This document shows, one piece after another, positions 34,289 to 43,309 of a DNA stretch of 64,000 nt. This DNA is from a virus. Below the pieces are notes generated by a model. That model did no database searches. It worked only from the letters and a program-made list of their open reading frames with translations, and had not been told where the DNA came from. The number at the start of each line of letters is the position of its first letter. Positions within the stretch are counted from its first letter, which is position 1. The stretch is taken from positions 1-64,000 of IMG/VR virus record IMGVR_UViG_3300049846_000568. One strand, given 5' to 3'. The position numbers and the translations under genes were made by a program.

Positions 34289-34940
34289 ACGTAAGACCAT
34301 TCTTGAGGGCGTCGTCGGCTCTCAGGCATATGGTCTTGCCACGGAGAGTAGCGACGTTGATCTCCGTGGAGTGTTCGTATATCCGCTTAAGGATATACTA
34401 AGCATTCGCAACCTAGAAGAAACCATAGACTCCCACGAACCAGACGTAACACTACACGAGCTTGTCAAGTTCTGTAGATTGGCGGCCCAGGGCAATCCAA
34501 ATATCTTGGAGCTTCTATGGCTGAACAATTACACTACCCTCACCGACGAGGGTATGATGCTAATTGGTATCCGCCACGCCTTTTTCTCACAGCGTGTGAG
34601 AGAACGCTACATCGGTTACGCATTGAGTCAGGCGAGACGTCTTGTAAGCCGAGGAAACTTTGACTCGGACCTCAAGAAGCGCCGCGCAAAGCATGCCCGT
34701 CATTGTTTTAGACTAATGATACAGGGCAAGGAAATTCTCTCCACCGGCACACTGACAGTTGATTGCAGTGAATACCGGGATATGCTATTCAGTGTTGGGG
34801 ATCTCAGCGACGAAGAGATCCTTGATCTGTTTAATCGTTACCATCAGGAACTAGAGTCTTTGGAATCTTTCCTACCTCTAGAGCCTGATTATCAGATCAT
34901 AAACGACGCATTGTATAGTATTCGGATGATGAACAAGTAA
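34281..34940 (+). CDS. Pol beta-superfamily nucleotidyltransferase (YcgL/RlaP-like)
   Basis: GSQAYGLATESSDVDLRG, GNPNILELL. Confidence 0.88.
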   Translation: MPERKTILEGVVGSQAYGLATESSDVDLRGVFVYPLKDILSIRNLEETIDSHEPDVTLHELVKFCRLAAQGNPNILELLWLNNYTTLTDEGMMLIGIRHAFFSQRVRERYIGYALSQARRLVSRGNFDSDLKKRRAKHARHCFRLMIQGKEILSTGTLTVDCSEYRDMLFSVGDLSDEEILDLFNRYHQELESLESFLPLEPDYQIINDALYSIRMMNK

Positions 34941-35752
34941 TGAGCCATTTTGCAGTATGGGTTGTTGGCGACAACGTTGACGAACAACTCGCACCATATG
35001 ATGAGGGTCTTCATATCGAACCCTACAAGGAGTATTGGAACGGCAAACAAGAAGAAACGGTCATCAGACTCCTTGGTAAGGATAACGAAGAGTTCGTTAA
35101 GGAACTAGAGACAAAAACATCCAACGCCGAGCGTTGGAGTTTCATGGTCAATACATGGAACGAACACTACGAGATCCAGCCGGGCGACAGCGAGTACCTC
35201 TACTTCGATGAGTTCGGCATCTACGCAATGTCCACCTATAACCCAGACTCCAAGTGGGATTGGTATCAGATTGGTGGACGTTGGGCCGGAGAATTCAAGG
35301 CTAAGGATGGCTTTGAACATCTAGGAATTGTGGGCGAAAAGTCGTGGGGCATGGAGGACGAAGATCCATATGCCAACAACTACTTCGATGGACTGCCATT
35401 CGCCGCGATAGACTTCGACGCAATGATCACCTACCGGGTTAACCGAGCTGGCCAGCTTTGGGATGAGTGGCATGAGAAGGATGCCCTAGGAGAGAAGCAG
35501 CTTCCTAAGAGTTGGGCGCTAGGCGCCGATCCCGAGGAAACTAAAGAGGAATACCTAGAGCGTGTGCAGAAGACCTGCATTACCCCATTTGCCATGTGCG
35601 TAGACGGTACTTGGTATGAGAAGGGTAAGATGGGTTGGTTCGGCGTGTCAACCGACGAAGTAAGTCAGGATGACTGGGTAAAGTTCGTCCACAAAACGCT
35701 TAACGAGCTAGATGGCAACACCATGGTTACCATGGTAGATTGCCACATCTAA
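34940..35752 (+). CDS. conserved phage hypothetical protein
   Basis: MSHFAVWV, NPDSKWDWYQIGGRW, VDCHI. Confidence 0.8.
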   Translation: MSHFAVWVVGDNVDEQLAPYDEGLHIEPYKEYWNGKQEETVIRLLGKDNEEFVKELETKTSNAERWSFMVNTWNEHYEIQPGDSEYLYFDEFGIYAMSTYNPDSKWDWYQIGGRWAGEFKAKDGFEHLGIVGEKSWGMEDEDPYANNYFDGLPFAAIDFDAMITYRVNRAGQLWDEWHEKDALGEKQLPKSWALGADPEETKEEYLERVQKTCITPFAMCVDGTWYEKGKMGWFGVSTDEVSQDDWVKFVHKTLNELDGNTMVTMVDCHI

Positions 35753-35753
35753 A

Positions 35754-35942
35754 ATGACGCAGATATCAAACATCAAACTCTTCAAAGAAGAGGTAAAGGA
35801 GCACGCAAGGGTACTTAGGGAACTCATCGAAAGAGAGGACTATGAACCCGGCAAAGATCCTGAATACGATTCAGCGGTAGAGGAGATGGCTCTAGGCTTG
35901 TGCGACATGGTGGCAATCCTAGAGAAGTTTGGCGTCATATAA
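35754..35942 (+). CDS. hypothetical protein
   Basis: last gene before the terminator. Confidence 0.6.
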   Translation: MTQISNIKLFKEEVKEHARVLRELIEREDYEPGKDPEYDSAVEEMALGLCDMVAILEKFGVI

Positions 35943-35992
35943 GAGAAGCCCTTGGGTATTAAATACCCTTGGGCTTTCTCTTTACTTCTTTC
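35943..35992. terminator. terminator between convergent gene blocks
   Basis: GAGAAGCCC..GGGTATT/AATACCC..GGGCTTTCTC followed by a T-rich tail. Confidence 0.75.
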
Positions 35993-35995
35993 ACT

Positions 35996-36755
35996 ATCGT
36001 CCTTAGATCAGGCGCTTAAATGATCGTTTAATACTTTGGCAAGTAGTCCAGCATCCCTCATACTTATAGCGGATGTACCATGATCACCAGAAACTGACTG
36101 AAGTACCACGTTCTTCTTTGCGGCCATCCTACCAGAATGGAACCTATCCACCCTATCGTCGTGGCCATATAAAATCTCGATCTTCGTCCTACTCTTAGTC
36201 ATGTTGAGGTTGAGTAGATCGTGGTATACCGTCTCTGACGGGTCACACCATTTGAGCATGTATAAGTTGCCGTGCGCTATACATTCAATGCCGGGCTTTA
36301 GTAGTGTCTGCGGATTGATGGCTATAACGCTGTCTGCGCCTAGTAACACCCCATAGAGTATAGCCGAGTATCCACCCGCTGACGCGCCAACTGTGATCAA
36401 ACGCTGCGGGCTGAGGTCATCTATGATCCTATGTAGGGCCGCCAATGTCGTGCGTACGTTTGTCGAAACGCCGCGAACACCATTCAGAAACCAGACCTGA
36501 TAGTAGTCCCTAAGCTGAATAAGGTTTACACCATACCTCTCTGGTAGGTGACCAAACGAATAAATGGCCTCCCCATCTGGCGTCTTACCAACGCCACTGA
36601 AAGAAATAACAAGGGAGTCAGACCCAGTGCTATGAACAACATAGTCTGGCGACTCCCCGTCTAAACGTCTACCTTGAAACCCATGTGGCATGGGCATGTT
36701 TTCGTTTATGTCTCCCTCGTAATAGGGGATTTCCATCGTCCCTAGATCAGGCGCT
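35996..36755. repeat. 21-bp direct repeats (1 mismatch) flanking the hydrolase gene
   Basis: ATCGTCCTTAGATCAGGCGCT 35996-36016 and ATCGTCCCTAGATCAGGCGCT 36735-36755. Confidence 0.85.
36008..36736 (-). CDS. alpha/beta-hydrolase (esterase-like)
   Basis: GASAGG nucleophile elbow, NPQT, DH near the C-terminus. Confidence 0.8.
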   Translation of the reverse strand: MEIPYYEGDINENMPMPHGFQGRRLDGESPDYVVHSTGSDSLVISFSGVGKTPDGEAIYSFGHLPERYGVNLIQLRDYYQVWFLNGVRGVSTNVRTTLAALHRIIDDLSPQRLITVGASAGGYSAILYGVLLGADSVIAINPQTLLKPGIECIAHGNLYMLKWCDPSETVYHDLLNLNMTKSRTKIEILYGHDDRVDRFHSGRMAAKKNVVLQSVSGDHGTSAISMRDAGLLAKVLNDHLSA

Positions 36756-37665
36756 ATCGTACGTGTGGTAGACGATGCCAGTATGCGTCGAGGGCGTTGT
36801 CTCCCGCGGCCATCTGACGAACAAAGCCTGGCTTTAGATGCCCATCAGCATAGAGCTGGGAAAGATCTTCTGGGCTAGGGATGAGACGGAAGTACTCTGT
36901 TACCTTGTTAATTGTCGCAGGGCGAGGTGTACCGTTGGCGTCTTCCACCTCGGCGTTTGCAACGTATCCGGAACATAGCATCCATAGTTCGGTGCTATTA
37001 GGGAACTTGTAAACTGCTTTCATTGGGTTTGTAACCTCCGGTTTTGGTGCTGTGGTTGGTGGCTTTGTGCCTATAAATGTGTTTGCGTGTTCGATTACTC
37101 TTGCGATATTTAGCTTGCCTGGATCCCAGTGATCGTTTTCCGGTACGTGCTGATGACCACATACGCCATTGAACGAATTCCACTGATCTGGCTTAAACCT
37201 CTGGAAGCCACTAGAGGAGGCGATAAGGCCATCTCCAGAGCCATAGAACTTAGGGTAGTTGTTAATGTCTACTGGGACACCAGCGTTTACAACGTCTGCA
37301 ATGAAGCTACCAATAAACTTGAGCCAATCATCTGACCAGGTATGTGTTTCTGCGGCCCTACCAACAATCTCAACCTGTATAGCATGAGCCCTATTTGTTT
37401 CTACGCCACCAGGAGCATTGAAGAGCGCTGCGGCGGAGTATGTTAGCGGTATATACTGGACCTTCCTCTTGGAGGACGGCTCAATCGCAAAGTGGGGAGT
37501 GGAGCATGGTCGTCCCGCAAAGAAGCCATTGAGAGTGTCCATGGACCCTTGACCGCTCTCTGTCGTGTGTAGTACTATTCTCCACGGAACCGAATTCTGA
37601 TACGTATTCGGGCCAGTGCAACCCAAGATTGGGTACTTTTCATACCCATCTAACCAATCTTTCAT
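36754..37665 (-). CDS. endolysin, N-acetylmuramoyl-L-alanine amidase
   Basis: VLHTTE, PHF, QVEIVG, GHQHVPENDHWDPG (actinophage amidase type). Confidence 0.9.
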   Translation of the reverse strand: MKDWLDGYEKYPILGCTGPNTYQNSVPWRIVLHTTESGQGSMDTLNGFFAGRPCSTPHFAIEPSSKRKVQYIPLTYSAAALFNAPGGVETNRAHAIQVEIVGRAAETHTWSDDWLKFIGSFIADVVNAGVPVDINNYPKFYGSGDGLIASSSGFQRFKPDQWNSFNGVCGHQHVPENDHWDPGKLNIARVIEHANTFIGTKPPTTAPKPEVTNPMKAVYKFPNSTELWMLCSGYVANAEVEDANGTPRPATINKVTEYFRLIPSPEDLSQLYADGHLKPGFVRQMAAGDNALDAYWHRLPHVR

Positions 37666-37716
37666 GAAGATTATCCTTCCTTATGCTCGATTCATTTCAT
37701 ATAGTAACCGCAATCC

Positions 37717-37725
37717 TGCTATAAT
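37717..37725 (+). promoter_or_regulatory. extended -10 promoter, leaderless transcript
   Basis: TGC-TATAAT 6 nt before ATG 37732, no SD. Confidence 0.65.
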
Positions 37726-37731
37726 CTACTC

Positions 37732-38511
37732 ATGACTAGATCACTAAACCACAACGAACCTATTGTGCTGGGCCTTTGCGGCCTTGCTGGCACTGGGAAA
37801 ACCAGTACTGCCAGGTCCATTGTTCCGGCCGATATTGTAAGGGAAGTAAAGAACCGCGAAGACGAGATCCTTTACATCATTGACCATCTTGTGCTAGCCA
37901 CACCGCTATACGAGATGGCCTCAATTAGACTTAAGACAGAGGGCGACCTAAGTAGGGATCGGATCCTATTTGGGATTCACGATGTCCTGCTTGACCTGTT
38001 TAGTCACAGCCCTCTTTATGGTGCCCCACCTTATGATGAGCTTGTTGCCGTCGTACATACAATTGCATCCATGCCAATTGAAATGGACACAAAGCCACGA
38101 AGCTTTATGCAGGACGTGGGCACGGTGTGCAGGAGCTATGACCCCGACTGCTTTGTGAAGTGGATCAAGAGACGCATCAATGGTTCCGCCATCAGCCACA
38201 TCGCGCAAGACATACAGCCGATCTATATAGTTTCTGATGTCAGATTCGACAACGAAGCCCGTATGGTGAAGTCGTTCTCGAACGGCCTACTTGTTTGCTT
38301 TGAAGCAGATGAGGAAACAAGGCAGAATCGCATTGAGCTAAGAGATGGCGTGCGCTTGACCGAAGATCAGTTAAGTCACGAATCTGAGCAGATGGAGATA
38401 GATCCGTCACTAATCGATTTAAGAATTGATACGACAGAACTAACACAGAAACAGCAGGCTGAGGAAACTCAGAATGCTTTGATCAAAACATTTGACCTAT
38501 ACCCATTCTAA
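37732..38511 (+). CDS. deoxynucleoside monophosphate kinase
   Basis: GLAGTGKTS, PRSFMQDVG, SDVRFDNEA, HESE. Confidence 0.85.
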   Translation: MTRSLNHNEPIVLGLCGLAGTGKTSTARSIVPADIVREVKNREDEILYIIDHLVLATPLYEMASIRLKTEGDLSRDRILFGIHDVLLDLFSHSPLYGAPPYDELVAVVHTIASMPIEMDTKPRSFMQDVGTVCRSYDPDCFVKWIKRRINGSAISHIAQDIQPIYIVSDVRFDNEARMVKSFSNGLLVCFEADEETRQNRIELRDGVRLTEDQLSHESEQMEIDPSLIDLRIDTTELTQKQQAEETQNALIKTFDLYPF

Positions 38512-38523
38512 GGAGTATCTAAT

Positions 38524-38844
38524 TTGGCAACAGTACCAAGAGATATGGACGACGAAGTCGCCCCACTCGCTGAAGTAGTAGAGAGAGCATTAAGCACTAT
38601 TGCCATTACTACAGAACCAGTAGTAATCATTGGCGTTAACCGTAAGGTAAACATCGGCAACTATGAGAACATTGATGTTTACGCCGGATTAGCACTCCCA
38701 ATTCCCGGTGCCTCGGTGGAGAGGTTGGATGAGCTGCGGGAAACGGTAGAGCAGGTGGCAGATGAAGGAATGAAGATCGCGGCTGCCGAAACCTATAAGC
38801 GATACGCCTCCATCAAAGAGCTAATTACAGGACAAGCGTCATAA
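38524..38844 (+). CDS. hypothetical protein
   Basis: AAGGAG SD; RKVNIGNYENID. Confidence 0.65.
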   Translation: MATVPRDMDDEVAPLAEVVERALSTIAITTEPVVIIGVNRKVNIGNYENIDVYAGLALPIPGASVERLDELRETVEQVADEGMKIAAAETYKRYASIKELITGQAS

Positions 38845-38847
38845 AAT

Positions 38848-38882
38848 GACGAAGCCCCCGCTAAGGCGGGGGTTTTGTCTTT
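38848..38882. terminator. intrinsic terminator between convergent genes
   Basis: AAGCCCCCGC-TAAG-GCGGGGGTTTT. Confidence 0.8.
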
Positions 38883-39590
38883 CTAGGCTACTTGTGTGAG
38901 TGCTCCCACAAAACCTTTCAGTTCTCCGTTTTCAACTATAGGAGTCGACCTTGCTACGACTGCCTTTTCTTTGCCAGATCTATCATGCACTCTAAAGCGG
39001 TAGTAAAATCCTGTCTTGTTTGTCACCGCTGCGTGTGTGGCCTCCAATAGGCCCATGAGATCGTCCTGATTTACGAACTCCACCCACTTATTTTCCATGG
39101 CTTCGTGGTATGCGATGCCAAAGAGTTTTAGGTATGCGTCGTTAACATATACCACATCGGCCTTAGAGTCCAGCTCAAACCATGCGAGCTGTGGATCTGA
39201 GGCCGTTAGTGCATCTACGACTGCCTTGTTCTTGATTACTGCATCAAAGATGAAATCTATTTTGTCCCTGATATGCTTCATAGAGCTTTGGTAATCTGCT
39301 CTGATCTCTTCCAATTGAGTAGAACGATCTGCAAAGGACTGCTTTAGCTCTGCGGTATCACCAGCCAGCTTGTCTACGGCATCGCGCATAGATGAGCCAC
39401 CATTGTTTTGGAACTGCTGCTTGATGGGATCTAGCTGGTCACGAATTGCGTTCCTCATGACATAGCGCAAAACTACGCCAAGGGTCATCAAAGCAATGAT
39501 GATGGGCCAAGCATTAGCTAGCTCTCCACCAAAGTCCTCTAACCAGTCGGGAACTACATCCGCCGCCAAGATGAATAGATAAGGGTGCAT
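38883..39590 (-). CDS. membrane protein (actinophage lysis-cassette type) fused to a PAS domain
   Basis: TM helix, NGGSSMRDAVD, coiled coil, then YVNDAYLKLFG..WVEFVNQDD..RFRVHDRSG..GFVG. Confidence 0.8.
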   Translation of the reverse strand: MHPYLFILAADVVPDWLEDFGGELANAWPIIIALMTLGVVLRYVMRNAIRDQLDPIKQQFQNNGGSSMRDAVDKLAGDTAELKQSFADRSTQLEEIRADYQSSMKHIRDKIDFIFDAVIKNKAVVDALTASDPQLAWFELDSKADVVYVNDAYLKLFGIAYHEAMENKWVEFVNQDDLMGLLEATHAAVTNKTGFYYRFRVHDRSGKEKAVVARSTPIVENGELKGFVGALTQVA

Positions 39591-39607
39591 TGATTTCTCC
39601 GGTGAGT

Positions 39608-39820
39608 CTAATCATAGAAGTCGGTATAGTACGATACAAACTCACTAACATCTTGGTCTGCGTTATCAACCTCTTTTTGTGCCGCAAATGTGGCCTCATC
39701 AAACCAGGATATCTCAATGCCGTCACCACTATCTCGGTGAGGCCCCGGGTGCCCACTGCTCCTGTTGCATATGGAGCCTGACAACAAATCCACTGCTCCA
39801 CAAACTTCTCGTACTATCAT
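39608..39820 (-). CDS. hypothetical protein
   Basis: AGGA SD; C..C..H..H. Confidence 0.55.
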   Translation of the reverse strand: MIVREVCGAVDLLSGSICNRSSGHPGPHRDSGDGIEISWFDEATFAAQKEVDNADQDVSEFVSYYTDFYD

Positions 39821-39832
39821 ATCTATCCTAGT

Positions 39833-39867
39833 AAAAAGAAAAGCCCCCTAGTACAATACTAGGGGGC
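39833..39867 (-). terminator. intrinsic terminator
   Basis: GCCCCCTAGTA/TACTAGGGGGC stem followed by TTTTCTTTTT on the - strand. Confidence 0.85.
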
Positions 39868-39883
39868 AAGATTCGTCTTGATT

Positions 39884-40099
39884 CTACTGATTGCTAGAAC
39901 CTAGCACGTTGCTAGCTGACCTGTATACTGTATGGGCTGGGCTCGGTAGTACGTTTATGGAGCCGCTAGTAAGTGTCGGGGCGGTTAGGCCAATACTGTT
40001 TGTTGTGTATGTCCACCCCGGATTAGGGTTGGTAGCCCCAATAATCTTAGTAGTAACCGTCGTATCTTTGACGGCGGTAGTATCCAGGTCAAACCCTAG
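39884..40099 (-). CDS. startless -1 frameshift extension (71 aa, Thr/Ser-rich) of the 40096..40305 protein
   Basis: C_CCT_TTC heptamer before the stop; -1 frame is open almost to the terminator. Confidence 0.6.
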   Translation of the reverse strand, partial: LGFDLDTTAVKDTTVTTKIIGATNPNPGWTYTTNSIGLTAPTLTSGSINVLPSPAHTVYRSASNVLGSSNQ

Positions 40100-40305
40100 A
40101 AAGGGCGCACCACCAACTCTACACGATCAAGAGCATCGAGGTACTCTTCGTCAATCTGTCGCGCGGCAATCAGTAGAGCGGTATCCTCATCGGATGCCAG
40201 CACTGTCTGAACCTCAACAATAAGCTCGGAACGAGCACCGTTCTCTGCCTGCTTCTCGGTTGGGTGCAGAATTGCTGCATACTGAAATAGTCTACTCTGT
40301 GTCAT
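40096..40305 (-). CDS. conserved small phage protein ending VRPF
   Basis: GAGGAG SD; LFQYAAILHPT..VRPF. Confidence 0.75.
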   Translation of the reverse strand: MTQSRLFQYAAILHPTEKQAENGARSELIVEVQTVLASDEDTALLIAARQIDEEYLDALDRVELVVRPF

Positions 40306-40336
40306 TTCTTCTCCTCGTTTGGTTGAGGCCAACAAT

Positions 40337-41158
40337 CTACCACATCTCCATATCTGCGTCAAATGATTCCTTGATCTTTTCACGCAATCTATTGAAGTGT
40401 TCTCTTACCGTATTGGGATGTTCGGTTACCTTACGTGCGATATCGCTAGCGCGCATACCGTCAACATAACGCCACTTAAGGAGCTGACGTTCCTGGATTG
40501 TTAGAGTATCGAATGGTGGGTATGCTGTATCCCCTAAGACCCAATACTCATCAATCTCATCAGGACCAAGAGTCTCCTCGGGGGATGGCTCGGGTGGTGC
40601 AGGGAATCCGGGGTAGAATTCCTCTATCTCATCAGACATAGCATCCTGATCCTGTAGGGGGAACGTTTTACGGCCCAACTGGTCAATGAGGAAAGTGTCC
40701 ACATTGCGCTTTAGTAGGTAGTAGAAGTAGCTGTAGATGTAGCCGCTGAACGGTACCCAGCCACCCCTTTTCGATTCGCGCCTCTTGTAGATAGAGATAC
40801 AATAAAGGAATGTCATCTGCACAGTCTGGCGAACATCGTCCTCATCGCCATAGCGCCGGGCCATACCTTGAATCCTCTGCATGATCTCGGCTACGTGCCT
40901 ACGGCCACCGTCGTTTAGCTTGTTGCGTAGGAGATGGAAACGAACAACGGGATCTTTAACAAACAACGAGATGAACTTGCGCATGTCGTAGTTGTTTACG
41001 TCGTACACGCCGTAATATAGCAATGAAACATACTTGGACAAGAACGGCTCAAACTTCTGCAGTAATTGTGCCTGGACTTTTTGATCGCCAGCCTTAGCCC
41101 TCTCCAGAAGCTCTTGAATTTCGTCCTCTGGAATCGTGTAATAGTCTTTAGTACCCAT
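40337..41158 (-). CDS. sigma-70 family RNA polymerase sigma factor
   Basis: RAKAGD..LLQKFEP (region 1.2/2), LTIQERQLLKWRYVDGMRASDIA..TVR (region 4). Confidence 0.85.
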   Translation of the reverse strand: MGTKDYYTIPEDEIQELLERAKAGDQKVQAQLLQKFEPFLSKYVSLLYYGVYDVNNYDMRKFISLFVKDPVVRFHLLRNKLNDGGRRHVAEIMQRIQGMARRYGDEDDVRQTVQMTFLYCISIYKRRESKRGGWVPFSGYIYSYFYYLLKRNVDTFLIDQLGRKTFPLQDQDAMSDEIEEFYPGFPAPPEPSPEETLGPDEIDEYWVLGDTAYPPFDTLTIQERQLLKWRYVDGMRASDIARKVTEHPNTVREHFNRLREKIKESFDADMEMW

Positions 41159-41161
41159 AAC

Positions 41162-41596
41162 CTACTCCCAATTCTTAAGCTTATCTTTGTACTCTTTAAC
41201 AAGGTCGTCGTAGTAAGCAAGTATTGGGATGTTGAGTTCCTGGTAGAACTTAGTTGCCGCGTTGTTAGCGTTCTTCGTGATGACCTTCAGTTTTGCGAAC
41301 TCTTCTGGATAACGTTTCTTGAAACGCCTGATCTTCGTTTTGTCTTGGGGCTTTAGATACCCTTTTACCTCTATCCAAAAGTAGTCAGATTTCTTACCCT
41401 TCCAGACTTTCATGTCCGGCGTGTAGCCACGAGTGCCACGCTTGATGTCTTCAAAGTAGAATATCTCAGGTTCATACTCCCACTTGTACTTCTGCTTGTT
41501 AAGCCATAGGAGTACGTTGTTCTCCCACGAACTACGCACAGATACTCCAAGGTGTTCTCTGTACCCTTGATGTGAATTCTGGTAATTCCTACGCAT
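41162..41596 (-). CDS. PD-(D/E)XK endonuclease
   Basis: RSSWE, WEYEP, YTPD, IEVKG; AGGAG SD. Confidence 0.82.
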   Translation of the reverse strand: MRRNYQNSHQGYREHLGVSVRSSWENNVLLWLNKQKYKWEYEPEIFYFEDIKRGTRGYTPDMKVWKGKKSDYFWIEVKGYLKPQDKTKIRRFKKRYPEEFAKLKVITKNANNAATKFYQELNIPILAYYDDLVKEYKDKLKNWE

Positions 41597-41627
41597 AAGC
41601 ATACTCCTATATAGCCTTATGGTATAT

Positions 41628-41689
41628 AGAGTACCATACCAAAAAAAGTTCGTCAAATACTTGACATGGGTATTCTGCGGTGATAATGT
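41628..41689. promoter_or_regulatory. back-to-back SigA promoters
   Basis: - strand TTGACG-N17-TACTCT; + strand TTGACA-N17-TAATGT; both with TGn. Confidence 0.75.
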
Positions 41690-41696
41690 ATCGGCC

Positions 41697-41924
41697 ATGA
41701 AGAACATTAACAACAACACAAACGCAAACCTAACAGCCGCCATTGAGAACCTGAACGAGGCACTTCTAGACTCAGTCTATTGTGGCCTACTAGATGCAGG
41801 TTACACACCAGGCGAGGCTTACGAGTCTACCTTTGGTACCGGCGCAGTCGCTCTAGTGAGCAGCGTGTCCGGCGACGAGGTTGACGTATCCAACGACGAG
41901 GGTCCTATCTGGGGCGCCTTTTAG
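41697..41924 (+). CDS. small hypothetical protein, leaderless
   Basis: ATG 7 nt after the -10; isolated + strand gene. Confidence 0.55.
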   Translation: MKNINNNTNANLTAAIENLNEALLDSVYCGLLDAGYTPGEAYESTFGTGAVALVSSVSGDEVDVSNDEGPIWGAF

Positions 41925-42693
41925 CCCCAGTAGGACAAACACCGGACTTAGCATGGTCGCAGAAGGAGCAGATTGATTTGTCCGAGGTTGTCTTAAAGTG
42001 CTTTTTATAGATAATCTCATTGACTAAGTCCAACAACCTAGATTCAACGGCTTCAAGGTCACCATCTGTAAAGAGGTGGCCTTTTTGCCGTCCGGACTTT
42101 AGGTAATACAACTCTGCGTAGACATCCTTATCGGGGTAGAACTTCTTCATCGCCAATGCATAGATGCCCAACTGTAGGTCATCCGGTACATTCTTCGCTG
42201 CGACCTCACGACTACCAGACTTGTAGTCTGTGATGTAGAGGGTGTTGTTGCTAATGTCAACGCGGTCGATGTAGCCCCTCAGCAGTGCGGAACCAACCAC
42301 AATCTCAAACCCCATCTCCTTAGCGATGATGGGGAACGCTTCACCATGATGCTTGTCCAAGAAATCTTCCAGGATCTTGAAGCCAATCTCGATGTAGCGA
42401 TCAGAGATTATCTTGTCTGGGTCGTAGCTGTCGCGCTGCTTGAGGAACTCATCAATGTACTCTTCTCCTCGGCTTTTATCTACGGGCTGATCAGGCTCTA
42501 GTAGGTTCTCCAAGACTGCGTGAATGATGTTACCAAGCTTGGCGGCCTCGCCAAAGAGGCTCTCTTCCTTTTGGATATAGGAATAGAAGTACATGGCCTC
42601 GCACATCTTGTATGTGTTCAGCCTTGAATAACTAAGTGGCGTCAAACTCAGACGTTCCAAATCAGTTAATTCGTCAAGCAGTCTTACTGTCAT
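41905..42693 (-). CDS. RecB/Cas4-like PD-(D/E)XK exonuclease
   Basis: SYSRL..C, GYIDRVD, DYKSG, QLGIYA, CSFC..C. Confidence 0.9.
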   Translation of the reverse strand: MTVRLLDELTDLERLSLTPLSYSRLNTYKMCEAMYFYSYIQKEESLFGEAAKLGNIIHAVLENLLEPDQPVDKSRGEEYIDEFLKQRDSYDPDKIISDRYIEIGFKILEDFLDKHHGEAFPIIAKEMGFEIVVGSALLRGYIDRVDISNNTLYITDYKSGSREVAAKNVPDDLQLGIYALAMKKFYPDKDVYAELYYLKSGRQKGHLFTDGDLEAVESRLLDLVNEIIYKKHFKTTSDKSICSFCDHAKSGVCPTGAKRRPR

Positions 42694-43049
42694 TATTCTC
42701 CTAGTAGGTACTTTGTTGCTTGGGGGTTCCTTCTTAGCGTATCTAAGAGAGTGGAGCCTATATGCATGATCATCTTTTCTTCTGTTTCATTACCAAATTC
42801 ATTCGAACCACCAGTAATGTAGAAGATGTAGTGTAGAATTTCGTGAAGCAGGGTGTCGGCTTTTGAGTCGTCTCCCTGTTCTGGAGCTATCAATATCTGC
42901 TGTAACTCAGGAGAACAAAACCCGACCGCTTCGGTTATGTCGTTCTCCACACGAGCCTTATGCATGGGGGCATCTTTGTATAGGATCTTTACGTCATACG
43001 GACCGATCTTCATCCTTGTCGGTTTCGGGGTCTTCTTGCTCTTCGACAT
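42693..43049 (-). CDS. HExxH metallopeptidase-like protein
   Basis: DTLLHEILH. Confidence 0.75.
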   Translation of the reverse strand: MSKSKKTPKPTRMKIGPYDVKILYKDAPMHKARVENDITEAVGFCSPELQQILIAPEQGDDSKADTLLHEILHYIFYITGGSNEFGNETEEKMIMHIGSTLLDTLRRNPQATKYLLGE

Positions 43050-43132
43050 GCTCTAAAAACTCCTTGGTCTTAGGATTGAATAGTCCGCCGTCTTTAGCGA
43101 CGAATCCGGTCTCACCGATCTCCATGAAATCA

Positions 43133-43309
43133 TCATCCATCTTTCAGCTCCTTCAAAGCCCAACCATAAAGGTCATCAATTAACTCCACCAAGTCACTCA
43201 TCTCTTCTTCCTTAAACCACAAGCCCATAACGCCGTTCTGTAGCCAGATACGACCATCGTCATAGTACTCGATAAGAACTTGGTTGTTCTTGTATTGTTC
43301 TTTAGCCAT
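43133..43309 (-). CDS. hypothetical protein
   Basis: coupled ORF. Confidence 0.55.
   Translation of the reverse strand: MAKEQYKNNQVLIEYYDDGRIWLQNGVMGLWFKEEEMSDLVELIDDLYGWALKELKDG

Noticed and set aside
39891-40223. + strand ORF in the track
   Set aside because: Antisense shadow of the - strand gene and its frameshift extension; most other opposite-strand track ORFs were dismissed likewise.
41905-42693. CRISPR-Cas (Cas4-like gene)
   Set aside because: Stand-alone RecB-family nuclease; no repeat-spacer array or other cas genes seen.
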